A stretch of 64,000 bases of DNA from an uncultured Dehalococcoidia bacterium (GTDB lineage: Bacteria > Chloroflexota > Dehalococcoidia > Bin125): positions 150,332 through 214,331 of the forward strand of contig CATQGW010000002.1 of assembly GCA_958295515.1 (NCBI GenBank). Direction: 5' to 3'. The position numbers and the translations under genes are program-made. Shown here one piece after another: positions 1 to 9,746 of this stretch; position 1 is the stretch's first letter; every line of letters starts with the position of its first letter. The notes under the pieces were generated by a model. It made no database searches, was not told the origin of the DNA, and saw only the letters and a list, made by a program, of their open reading frames with translations.

Positions 1-351
1 GGCGTGCGCCACCGACATGAACGCCCCGATCTCATCGCACACCTCCCGCAACCGCTCCGCCGAGCGAATCCGCGGGTAATACTGGTCGATCCCGAACACA
101 ATGATGTGCCCCAGATCCGTCGAGACCTCCATGCCCTGATTGAGGTAGATATCGGGCCCGCACTGCTCCCCGAAGGCGTTCCAGTCGTAGCGCTCCCAGA
201 CCCGATCGTGCTCCGAGATGTTCAGCCCGGTCAGGCCAATCCGCCGCGCCTCCGTGAGCAGGTCATCGGGCTGCAACGCGCTGTCCGCCGCGCCCCGGAC
301 CGTATGCAGATGCGCGTCGAGGATGGTGCCGGGCAGGGAGCTGGGGTCCAC
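1..351 (-). CDS. PHP-domain metal-dependent phosphoesterase (N-terminal part only; gene runs off the left edge)
   Basis: Absent from the ORF track because it is open at position 1. My manual minus-strand translation from GTG 349-351 reads VDPSSLPGTILDAHLHTVRGAADSALQPDDLLTEARRIGLTGLNISEHDRVWERYDW... The HLH and SEHD metal-ligand-like motifs fit a PHP domain. The 4..480 + ORF is its antisense shadow. Confidence 0.55.
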   Translation of the reverse strand, partial: MDPSSLPGTILDAHLHTVRGAADSALQPDDLLTEARRIGLTGLNISEHDRVWERYDWNAFGEQCGPDIYLNQGMEVSTDLGHIIVFGIDQYYPRIRSAERLREVCDEIGAFMSVAHA

Positions 352-430
352 GTAGATTCTCTCACCAGGGGCAGTCGGGTCGCCGCCCAAATCGAGTATA
401 CGGACGCCCCGCCTACGTTCACCCCCGCGC

Positions 431-841
431 TTACGCGGTCGCCAGATAGGGCAGCATCCAGCCGAAGCAGCCGGCGCTGAGCAGGGCGAAGAGGGCAATC
501 CGCCGGCGACGGTTGGGCGCGGCGAGCGCCGCCAGCACGGCCAGCGCCGCCAGCACCGCGAGCACGGAGGCGGTCAGCACCCAGGAGGGGCTGCCCAGCC
601 CCGCGCTCAGCGTGCCCTCAGCCGCCCACAGCGCGCCGCCGAGCAACAGCCCCAGCAACGCGCAGGTCGCCTGCCCGCTGAACGAGATCGCCAGACCAAT
701 CATCACCCAATTCGAGGGATCGTTGAACTGCCGTCGGATGCGGTTGGTCACCGGCACAGTCGCCAGCAGCGGGCCGAAGATCAGAAACCCAAAGACGCCC
801 ACCGCCGCGCCGCTGATCAGACCGGCCAACAGCGCCTGCAC
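431..841 (-). CDS. hypothetical integral membrane protein (about 4 hydrophobic segments)
   Basis: 136-aa ORF dominated by hydrophobic stretches (LLAGLISGAAVGVFGFLIFGPLL, VLTASVLAVLAALAVLAALAA). It lies 1 nt downstream of ispE on the same strand. Confidence 0.55.
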   Translation of the reverse strand: MQALLAGLISGAAVGVFGFLIFGPLLATVPVTNRIRRQFNDPSNWVMIGLAISFSGQATCALLGLLLGGALWAAEGTLSAGLGSPSWVLTASVLAVLAALAVLAALAAPNRRRRIALFALLSAGCFGWMLPYLATA

Positions 842-842
842 G

Positions 843-1799
843 TCAGACGCTCACCCACGTCGCCTCGCCGCGCGAGAGCGGGCGGGCGACGTGGACGCTT
901 CCGCGCCAGTCCCGCCGAAGCTCAACGGCGGCCGCCTCCACGACGGCCGGCGGCAGGACGGCGAACAGCGACGGTCCCGCCCCGGCCAGCAGCGGAGCAG
1001 GCGGTTCAATGCCATGTGCAAGCGCGGCGCGCGCCAGCGCGACGGCGACGACGCGGCGCGCCGGGCGCAAACCTTGCAGGGTTTCATCGGCGACCGCATC
1101 AAAGCTGTTCACGCAGTCGTCCTGGCTGAGCTGAAGTCCCTCAACCAGACGCGCAGCAAGCGCGGCGGTGGCGTCGCCGTTGCCGAAGTGGGTCGGGCGC
1201 AGGCTGCGGTACATCGTCGCAGTTTTGTCGGCGGGCACGGGAATTTCAGGCGTGGCGATCAGCACCGACCAGCCCGTCAGCGATGATTTTTGCGCTTCGA
1301 CCAGCTGAATCACCTCGCCGCGCCCCGACATCCGCAGCGGTCCGCCAACAATGCAGGCGGGAATATCGGAACCGATCTCCGCGCCAAGCTCACAGAGCGC
1401 CGCATCATCGAGCGGCAGCTGCCAGGCGCGGCGGGCAAGGCGCAGAAACGCCGCAGCGTCCGCCGAGCCGCCACCCAGCCCGGCCGCGACAGGGATGCGC
1501 TTGCGCACCTCCAGGCGTCCACCGGCGGGAACGGCATTCCAGCCCCGCACGCGGTCGATTTCGAGCAGGCGCTCCCAGGCGCGCTCAACGATGTCCTGCG
1601 AGAGGATCGGAACAGGTCGATCGTGGTCGTCGCGATAGGTGATCTCACGCGTCGCCGCTGCACTCAAGCTCAGCCGGTCGGCGAGGTCAAGGTGGACGAC
1701 GACCGAATCAAGGTCGTGATAGCCATCCTCCCGACGCCCCAGCACCTCAAGCGAGAGGTTGAGCTTGGCCGGGGCGACGGCGCGGGCGATCGCAGTCAT
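843..1799 (-). CDS. ispE: 4-diphosphocytidyl-2-C-methyl-D-erythritol kinase
   Basis: APAKLNLSLEVLGRREDGYHDLDSVVV and GLGGGSADAAA (GHMP kinase motif). I start at ATG 1797-1799 (MTAIARAV...), which overlaps the rsmA stop as ATGA. The track start at 1871 would overlap rsmA. Confidence 0.9.
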   Translation of the reverse strand: MTAIARAVAPAKLNLSLEVLGRREDGYHDLDSVVVHLDLADRLSLSAAATREITYRDDHDRPVPILSQDIVERAWERLLEIDRVRGWNAVPAGGRLEVRKRIPVAAGLGGGSADAAAFLRLARRAWQLPLDDAALCELGAEIGSDIPACIVGGPLRMSGRGEVIQLVEAQKSSLTGWSVLIATPEIPVPADKTATMYRSLRPTHFGNGDATAALAARLVEGLQLSQDDCVNSFDAVADETLQGLRPARRVVAVALARAALAHGIEPPAPLLAGAGPSLFAVLPPAVVEAAAVELRRDWRGSVHVARPLSRGEATWVSV

Positions 1800-2695
1800 G
1801 AGGCGGAAGCGTAGGCGGGCGGCGGCTCCGGCGCGCCGCTGCGCTCGCGCCACCAGGCAAGCCGCGCCCATTCCTCAAGCGTCAACGTCTGCGCGCGGCG
1901 CGCCGGATCAATCTCGCAGCCCGCCAGCCAGCGCTGCGCCTCGCCCTCTTCGAGCCAGATGCCCTGCGAAAGCGAGTTGTGCAGCTGCTTGCGCGGATGC
2001 CGAAAGCCGGCGCGCACGACCTCAAAAAAGCGCGCCTCACCTGGCGCATCCACCGCCGGCGCGGGCAGACGCCGAATCCGCACCACCGCCGAGCGCACCT
2101 CCGGCGGCGGGCGGAAGCTCTCCCGCTCCACCGCAAACAGATACTCCGCCTCCGCGTAGAACTGCACCGAGACGCTCAGCAGCGAGCGCTTCCCGTCGGG
2201 CGCAACAATCCGCCGCGCCACCTCGTGCTGCACCATGATCAGCAGCCAGTCGGGAGGCGGCGCGGCTTCCGCGAGGAAGCGGCGCAGAATCGGCGCGGTG
2301 ATCGCGTAGGGCAGATTGCCGACCAGCCCGTAGGGCGCAGCCGCGCCGACCGCCGCCAGCGCCTCGGCCGGCTCGATATCGAGGATGTCGCCCTCAATCA
2401 CGATCGCGTTACCGCCGCCCCGCAACTCGCTCAGCCGGCGGCGCGCCCGCCAGGCCATTCCCGGGTCGAGTTCAACAGCGGTCAGCGGGCGTCCAAGCGC
2501 GGCCAGACGAGCGGTCAGCGCCCCGTCGCCGGGGCCGATTTCCAACAGCGGCGCGGGCGAATCGGGCAGCGCATCGAGCATGCGATCAAGCACCCGCTCA
2601 TCGCGCAGCAGGTGTTGACCGAGGCGTCGGCGGCGGGTCACAGCGGGCACGCTCGCAGACACAAACGCAGAAGAGGGGTGGGAGTGGTCGTGCAC
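1796..2695 (-). CDS. rsmA: 16S rRNA (adenine1518/1519-N6)-dimethyltransferase
   Basis: RRRLGQHLLRDERVLDRML, LEIGPGDGALT (SAM-binding) and GNLPYAIT motifs. The GTG start at 2695 abuts or overlaps the 3' end of the SRP RNA, so the start is uncertain by a few codons. Confidence 0.9.
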   Translation of the reverse strand: MHDHSHPSSAFVSASVPAVTRRRRLGQHLLRDERVLDRMLDALPDSPAPLLEIGPGDGALTARLAALGRPLTAVELDPGMAWRARRRLSELRGGGNAIVIEGDILDIEPAEALAAVGAAAPYGLVGNLPYAITAPILRRFLAEAAPPPDWLLIMVQHEVARRIVAPDGKRSLLSVSVQFYAEAEYLFAVERESFRPPPEVRSAVVRIRRLPAPAVDAPGEARFFEVVRAGFRHPRKQLHNSLSQGIWLEEGEAQRWLAGCEIDPARRAQTLTLEEWARLAWWRERSGAPEPPPAYASAS

Positions 2696-2930
2696 CTGCC
2701 GTCGAGCGCCGCCATGAGCTTGCCGCCGTTAGCCGGCTCCGCCCAGGCGCTCCCGCGTCACCCGAAACCGCCCGCTTACCGCTGCTTCCTCTCGGACCTG
2801 ACGGGGTTCACGGTGGCTCGCCGCGCGGGACCCAGGCTTCAACACCACTTGACGCCGGTAGGGATCATGTCGAAACCCTCGGGCCGGAATTCAACCCTGC
2901 TGGAGCGGATTGCAGGTACAGGGCACCGCT
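2690..2930 (-). ncRNA. ffs: signal recognition particle RNA, long (Alu-domain-containing) type, about 240 nt
   Basis: The minus strand reads GUCAGGUCCGAGAGGAAGCAGC, matching the universally conserved SRP domain IV (E. coli 4.5S: GUCAGGUCCGGAAGGAAGCAGC). A terminal helix forms between 5' GUGCCCUG (2919-2926) and 3' CAGGUGCAC (2690-2698). Ends are +/-10 nt. Confidence 0.8.
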
Positions 2931-2980
2931 AGCTCCCCGCCTAGCACGACCACCATCAGCCTAAGCGCGCCCCCCCAAAA

Positions 2981-3236
2981 CCGTCAATCACGCCCCACTC
3001 CCGTCACTCCCACCGCCCAATTCGTCACGCCCGCCCCCAACTTCCGTCATACCCGCACTCTTCCTCCGTCATACCCGCGCTTGCCGCGGGTATCTCGCCG
3101 TGATGCCACCAAGCTCCCTCACACTCCCGCCGCCACCCTCATCATTCCCGCCTCCTCCTCCACGCCCACCGCCGCTTCCGTCACACCCGCACTCTCCCTC
3201 CGTCATACCCGCGCTTGCCGCGGGTATCTCGCCGTG
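2981..3236 (+). repeat. intergenic mosaic repeat block: seven ~22-bp CCGTCAYWCCCGC modules, including two 61-bp copies (3042-3102, 3176-3236) that each end in a hairpin
   Basis: Module starts are near 2981, 3001, 3022, 3044, 3066, 3178 and 3200. The 38-nt CTCCGTCATACCCGCGCTTGCCGCGGGTATCTCGCCGT is identical at 3064-3101 and 3198-3235. Its 9-bp stem is ATACCCGCG/CGCGGGTAT. Confidence 0.9.
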
Positions 3237-3337
3237 CCGCCCCCGAATTCCCCGCACTTCCACCGCCACCGTCCCCAACCCCCGCGCATAGTAGACTCGG
3301 CTGCTGAGCAACCCGCCGACAGCGGGGGAGGGAGCGA

Positions 3338-4756
3338 TTGATGCGCGTCGTCTCGATCGGCTGCCCCCTGCCCAGCCCGATGGTCGACAACCACTCGATC
3401 GCCAACGCCCCATCGCTCTTCGACTACGACGCCTGCATCTTCGAGCCGCGCGCCGTCTCCGAGCAGATTGAGGGCTTGGCCGCCGGCGACGCGGGGCTGC
3501 GCTCCGCCGACGGGCGGCCGGTGCAGGCCGGCGCCTCCGGCGCGTTCGCCTTCGGACTCGGCGAACTGCTCGAACAGCGCCGCTTCGAACTACAGCAACT
3601 GGTCGAACGCGGCGGCGTCCTGCTCGTCTTCGCCCACCCCAACATCAGCCACCCCTCCGTCTCCTCGATGCCCGGCCTCGAGCGCTACACCCTGCTTCCC
3701 TCGCCCGGCCCGGGCGCCCTGCGCTGGCCCACCCTGCGCGCCGGCGACGGCAAGGAAATCCGCGCCACCGCCCCCCAGCACCCGCTGGCCGGCTATCTCG
3801 ACGAACTGAGCGGCCGCCTGCGCTACCGCGCCGTCTGGCAAGAACGCTCGCCCGACTTCCCCAAGAACACTCAAGTACTCGCCCGCAGCGTCGGCGGCGC
3901 AGCCCTGGCCGTCGAGTTCGAGCTGGGCGCCGGGCGGCTGGTCTTCGCCCCCCCGCCCCAGGAGCCGCTCTCCACCGCCGACCGCAAGCGCTTCACCGCC
4001 TCCGTGCTCGAGCTGCTCACCCGACTGGTCGACGAAGACGGCGCAGGCCGCGAGCCGGTCTGGGTCGCCAAATACGACACCGAGCCGATCGCCGCAGCCC
4101 GCGAAGCGCTGACCGCTGCGACCGCCGAGCTGCGCGAGGCGGAACGCCGCGAAACCGAGACGCGCGCCACCCTCGCCGAGACCGCCCGCTTCTCCGAGCT
4201 GCTCTGGCGGCCGGCCGGCGCAAAACTCTCAACGCTCACCGCCGACGCCTTCCGCCTGCTGGGCTACGAGGTGCTGGAGAACGGCGTCTCAGGCGGAATC
4301 GAACTGAGCGAGGGGAAAGAAACAGCGCTGCTGGAGGTCGCCGCCTCCGAGCAGACGGTCAGCGAACAGGTCTACCTGACCCTGCAACGCCGAATCGAAG
4401 AGCAGTTCCTACGCCGCCAGCAGCGCCCCAAGGGCATCATCGTGGTCAGCGGCCAGCGCGACCTGGACCCCAACATGCGCCGCCAGGCCTGGAGCCGCCC
4501 CCTGGTCAACGCCTGCGAAACCTTCAACTACGCACTGATCCCCGTCGCCGCCCTCTACGAGCTGGTCAACTTCGCCATCGAAGACCCCGATCCCGAAGGC
4601 CTCGCCGAGCTCCGCGCCAGCATCCGCGAAACCGCCGGCGTCCTCGAGGTGGAAGAGCCCGAGCCCGAGGCGCTCGAAACACCGTCAGTAGTCGAGAACG
4701 GTCGCGCCGCAACCCCCGTAGCAGAAGAGCCCGAAGGCGCAGCAGAGCCCGGCTAA
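3338..4756 (+). CDS. hypothetical protein, three-part architecture (unknown N-domain, Ala/Glu/Arg coiled-coil, C-terminal nuclease-like-looking domain, acidic tail)
   Basis: 472-aa ORF with SD GGGGGAGGGAG 5-8 nt upstream of TTG-ATG (3338/3341) and good GC3 periodicity. I recognise no family signature. Confidence 0.75.
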   Translation: MMRVVSIGCPLPSPMVDNHSIANAPSLFDYDACIFEPRAVSEQIEGLAAGDAGLRSADGRPVQAGASGAFAFGLGELLEQRRFELQQLVERGGVLLVFAHPNISHPSVSSMPGLERYTLLPSPGPGALRWPTLRAGDGKEIRATAPQHPLAGYLDELSGRLRYRAVWQERSPDFPKNTQVLARSVGGAALAVEFELGAGRLVFAPPPQEPLSTADRKRFTASVLELLTRLVDEDGAGREPVWVAKYDTEPIAAAREALTAATAELREAERRETETRATLAETARFSELLWRPAGAKLSTLTADAFRLLGYEVLENGVSGGIELSEGKETALLEVAASEQTVSEQVYLTLQRRIEEQFLRRQQRPKGIIVVSGQRDLDPNMRRQAWSRPLVNACETFNYALIPVAALYELVNFAIEDPDPEGLAELRASIRETAGVLEVEEPEPEALETPSVVENGRAATPVAEEPEGAAEPG

Positions 4757-4809
4757 CCGCCCGCTCCGTCACACCCGCTCGGCGGTGGAAACGACGGAAA
4801 CGGAAGCAA

Positions 4810-6669
4810 TCAGTCCTTACCAATCTGCAGCACTGCCAGAAACGCCTCCTGCGGAATCTCGACATTCCCCACCCGCTTCAGCCGCTTCTTCCCCTCCGCC
4901 TGCCGTTGCAGCAACTTCCGCTTGCGCGTGATATCCCCCCCGTAGCACTTCGCCGTCACATTCTTGCGCATCGCCCGCACCGTCTCCCGAGCCACGATGC
5001 GCCCGCCCACCGCCGCCTGGATCGGCACATCGAACAGCTGGCGCGGGATCAACCGCCGCAGGCGGTCCGCCAGCCGCCGACCGTCCGACGCCGCGCGGTC
5101 CGCATGCACGATCGCCGAGAGCGCATCGACCGGCTCGCCGTTGATCAGCAAATCCAGCTTGACCAGCTTGGCCGGCTGGTAGCCGGTCAGCGTGTAATCG
5201 AGGCTCGCGTACCCGTGCGTGCGCGATTTCAGATCATCGTAGAAATCGGTCAGAATTTCCGAGAGCGGGATCGCGTATTCGAGCAGCACCCGGATTTGCT
5301 CATCGCCGCCCCCGCCGTTCCCGCTCACCCCGCTGCGCTGCAAGTACTCCATCCGCTCGAAGCGGCCGCGGCGGCTGGTCACCGCCTCCATCACCGCTCC
5401 CACAAACTGCTGCGGCGTGATCACGTGAATTTGCACCCACGGCTCGCGAATTTCCGCGATCCGCGGCGGCGCAGGCAGCAGCGACGGATTCTCAATTCGC
5501 TCCACTCCCCCGTCGGTGGTCTCCACCTCGTACTCCACCGACGGCGCGGTGAAGACCAACTCCAGCCCGTACTCGCGCTCCAGCCGCTCCTGCACGATCT
5601 CCATATGCAGCAGACCGAGGAAACCCATCCGAAACCCAAAACCGAGCGCCGCGGACGACTCCGCCTGATAGATGATCGAGGAATCGGACAAGCGCAGCTT
5701 GTCCAGCGCGTCGCTGAGGTCCTGGTAGTCGACGCTGTTGGCCGGGTACAAGCCGGCGAAGACCATCGCCTTCGGCTCGCGGTAGCCCGGCAGCGGCTCC
5801 GGACGCTGACGCCCCGCCATCGTCATCGTGTCCCCAACCCGCACATCGCCGACCTCCTTGAGGCCGGTGGCGACGTAGCCCACATCCCCCGCCGTCAGCT
5901 GCGGCAGGGCGCGCAGGCCCGGCGAGAAGCTGCCCACCTCCATCGCCTCAAAGCGCCGATCCGCTGCGTTCAGCCGCAGCTGCGCCCGCCCCGCCACCTC
6001 TCCGTCCACCACCCGCACATGCGCGATCACCCCCTTGTAGGGATCGTATTCAGAGTCGAAGATCAGCGCCCGCAGCGGCTCGCTCTGCTCCCCCCGCGGC
6101 GGCGGAATGCGCTCCACGATCGCCTGCAGCAGCTCCTCAATCCCCTGCCCCGTCTTGGCTGAGACGTAGAGCATCTCATCGTGCGAGAAGCCCACCACAT
6201 CGGCCAACTCCGCCGCCACCGCCTCGGGACGCGCCACATCGAGATCGATCTTGTTGATCACCGGCACCAGCGCGAGGTCCTGCTCGAGCGCCAGATACAC
6301 ATTGGCCAACGTCTGCGCCTGAATGCCCTCCGCCGCGTCGACGACCAGCAGCGCGCCCTCCGCAGCCGCCAGGCTGCGCGAGACTTCGTAGGAAAAGTCG
6401 ACATGCCCCGGCGTATCGATCAGGTGCAGCTTGTACTGCTGCCCGTCGCGCGCCGTGTGCTGCATCCGCACCGCGCGCGCCTTGATCGTGATCCCCTTCT
6501 CCCGCTCCAGCGCCATGCTGTCCAGCAGCTGCGCCGACATGTCGCGCGGATCCACCGTCCCCGTCGCCTCCAACAGACGATCCGAAAGGGTCGACTTGCC
6601 GTGGTCGATGTGCGCGACAATGCAGAAATTGCGAACTGGCGGGGCAGGCATGTGAACAGAGGGTATCAC
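4810..6669 (-). CDS. lepA: translation elongation factor 4 (LepA)
   Basis: [21 protein letters not shown] (G1), DTPGHVDF (G3), NKIDL (G4) and the conserved LepA C-terminus ...[22 protein letters not shown]. An alternative start is at 6651. Confidence 0.95.
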   Translation of the reverse strand: MIPSVHMPAPPVRNFCIVAHIDHGKSTLSDRLLEATGTVDPRDMSAQLLDSMALEREKGITIKARAVRMQHTARDGQQYKLHLIDTPGHVDFSYEVSRSLAAAEGALLVVDAAEGIQAQTLANVYLALEQDLALVPVINKIDLDVARPEAVAAELADVVGFSHDEMLYVSAKTGQGIEELLQAIVERIPPPRGEQSEPLRALIFDSEYDPYKGVIAHVRVVDGEVAGRAQLRLNAADRRFEAMEVGSFSPGLRALPQLTAGDVGYVATGLKEVGDVRVGDTMTMAGRQRPEPLPGYREPKAMVFAGLYPANSVDYQDLSDALDKLRLSDSSIIYQAESSAALGFGFRMGFLGLLHMEIVQERLEREYGLELVFTAPSVEYEVETTDGGVERIENPSLLPAPPRIAEIREPWVQIHVITPQQFVGAVMEAVTSRRGRFERMEYLQRSGVSGNGGGGDEQIRVLLEYAIPLSEILTDFYDDLKSRTHGYASLDYTLTGYQPAKLVKLDLLINGEPVDALSAIVHADRAASDGRRLADRLRRLIPRQLFDVPIQAAVGGRIVARETVRAMRKNVTAKCYGGDITRKRKLLQRQAEGKKRLKRVGNVEIPQEAFLAVLQIGKD

Positions 6670-6726
6670 CGCGCCGGCTCACCCACCGATCACCGCCTCG
6701 CACCCCAGGAACCGCCGCAACACGAC

Positions 6727-6750
6727 GAACGGGGCCTCACGGCCCCGTTC
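6727..6750 (-). terminator. putative intrinsic terminator after the oppF-like gene
   Basis: Perfect 10-bp stem GAACGGGGCC/GGCCCCGTTC with a 4-nt loop, 23 nt past the stop at 6773. The trailing U-tract on the minus strand is weak (GUCGUGUUG). Confidence 0.5.
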
Positions 6751-6772
6751 GGATGATGCCCTGCCGCCGCGC

Positions 6773-8033
<1,261 letters not shown>

Positions 8034-8041
<8 letters not shown>

Positions 8042-9071
8042 TGGCGGTTACCTCCTCGGCTGTGTGGGCGCTGGCCAGAATACGGTCGGCTTCGTCTTGC
8101 ACGGCGTCCGAGTTCCAGCAGGCCACCAGGTGGCCCGGCGCGAACTCGATCAGCTCCGGGCGCTCCTCGCGGCACTGGTCCGTGGCGAACCGGCAGCGCG
8201 GCGCGAACGAGCAGCCGGGCGGCAGGTTGGTCATGTCCGGCGGCGTGCCCTCAATCGGGATCAACCGCCCCGTGCGGGCGTCCAGGCGCGGCACCGATTC
8301 GAGCAGGCCGAGCGTGTAGGCGTGCTTCGGGCGAGCGTAGATTTCGCCCGCCTCGCCGCTCTCCACGATCCGCCCGCCGTACATCACATTGACCCGGTCC
8401 GCGTAACGCGCGACCACCCCGAGGTTGTGCGTGATCACGATCACCGCCGTGCCCAGCTCGCGGCTCAACCGCGCCATCACCTCCAGCACCTGCGCCTGAA
8501 TCGTCACGTCCAGCGCCGTCGTCGGCTCATCCGCGAGCAGCAGCTTCGGGTCGCAGGAAAGCGCCATCGCGATCATCACGCGCTGCCGCATCCCGCCCGA
8601 GAACTGGTGCGGGAAGTCGAACAGCCGCTGCTCCGCAGCCGGAATGCCGACCATATGCAGCAGCTCGATCGCCCGCTCGTTGGCCTCGCTGCGACGCAGC
8701 CCCATGTGCAGCTCAATCGCCTCCGTCAGCTGTCGCCCAATCGTCAGCACCGGGTTCAGCGAGGTCATCGGCTCCTGGAACACCATCGCAATGTCGTTGC
8801 CGCGAATCTCGCGCATCCGCGAGTCGTCCACACTCATCAGCTCTTCGCCGTCGAACCAGACCTCGCCCTCAACGATCTTGCCCGGCGGGTTGGGGATCAG
8901 CCGCAGCAGCGAGAGCGCCGAGACGCTCTTGCCCGAGCCCGACTCACCAACCAGTCCCAGCGTCTGGCCGGGCTCTACGTCGTAAGAGACCTCGTTGACG
9001 GCCTTGACCACCCCTTCGGAAGTGAAGAAGTGAGTCGAGAGATCCTGGACGCTCAACAGCGGGTCAGCCAT
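8034..9071 (-). CDS. oligopeptide/dipeptide ABC transporter ATP-binding protein (OppD/DppD type)
   Basis: [11 protein letters not shown], Walker [10 protein letters not shown], signature [15 protein letters not shown], Walker [13 protein letters not shown] start at ATG 9069-9071 (MADPLLSV). The track start at 9179 runs into tRNA-Leu. Confidence 0.9.
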
Positions 9072-9137
9072 AGCGGGACTCCTTTGTGGATGCGGCGTTC
9101 CGAACCCTGCCATCGGCGCGAATCCGCGCCGGCTGCG

Positions 9138-9225
9138 TGGTGGGGAAGAGGAGACTCGAACTCCTACGCCTTTCGGCACATGATTCTAAGTCATGCTCGT
9201 CTACCAGTTCCGACACTTCCCCGCC
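9138..9225 (-). tRNA. tRNA-Leu (anticodon TAG), long variable arm, CCA encoded
   Basis: The reverse complement GCGGGGAAGTGTCGGAACTGGTAGACGAGCATGACTTAGAATCATGTGCCGAAAGGCGTAGGAGTTCGAGTCTCCTCTTCCCCACCA folds as a class II cloverleaf. The anticodon loop is CT-TAG-AA. Confidence 0.9.
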
Positions 9226-9290
9226 GATCCGCCGCTGCGGCCGTCGGGGACGTTGCGGAGCGCGCCCCCGGCGGCGCGCGTGCGATGTGC

Positions 9291-9366
<76 letters not shown>

Positions 9367-9496
9367 ATCGCTGATCGGCGCGGCATCGCCGCACCGCAGA
9401 GCGCCACGGCGCTCCAACTGGCAGCCTACACCGCAGGCGCGGCTCGGGTACGTCAACCTGTCCTCCCCTAACGGACCGACCAACGAGGTGCGCGGA

Positions 9497-9525
9497 ACGC
9501 TAGCCAACCCGCCGCCTTTCGTCAA
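9497..9525 (-). promoter_or_regulatory. putative sigma-70-type promoter for the tRNA-Lys/tRNA-Leu (and perhaps oppDF) transcript
   Basis: On the minus strand: TTGACG (9520-9525), a 17-nt spacer, then TAGCGT (9497-9502). A second CGTCAACCTGT direct repeat lies at 9451-9461 without a good -10. Confidence 0.4.
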
Positions 9526-9632
9526 CCTGTTAACACTGTTCCCCCTTCACGCCGCCGCCCGCCCGCGTCGCAGCAGCTCCCGCCGATCAGCTAAGATCAA
9601 ACCTGCGGTTGCACGCAGCGCCTGCGCTGCGG

Positions 9633-9709
9633 GGGCGGTTAGCTCAGTTGGCTAGAGCGCCGCGTTGACATCGCGGAGGTCACTGGTTCAAGTCCAGTAT
9701 CGCCCACCA
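9633..9709 (+). tRNA. tRNA-Val (anticodon GAC), CCA encoded
   Basis: GGGCGGTTAGCTCAGTTGGCTAGAGCGCCGCGTTGACATCGCGGAGGTCACTGGTTCAAGTCCAGTATCGCCCACCA. The anticodon loop is TT-GAC-AT and the T-loop is GGTTCAAGTCC. Confidence 0.9.
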
Positions 9710-9746
9710 CCGCGACCGCAATGATCACCGGGGAGGCAGGGAACGG

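Noticed and set aside
1800-1871. Longer ispE start (track start at 1871)
   Set aside because: It would overlap the rsmA 3' end by 76 nt. The ATGA-coupled ATG at 1799 gives the conserved N-terminus directly before APAKLNL.
2910-3341. ORFs reading through the repeat blocks (2910..3341, 15822..16277, parts of 21877..23532, 26242..26994)
   Set aside because: The translations are dominated by repeat-derived peptides (VIPALAAGISP, RHSRESGNPA, KIDHNRSQSITIDH) and lack SD or start context. They are treated as artefacts of intergenic repeats.
9072-9179. N-terminal extension of the OppD-type ORF
   Set aside because: It would overlap tRNA-Leu (9138-9225) on the same strand. The conserved ATPase N-terminus begins at MADPLLSV (9071).
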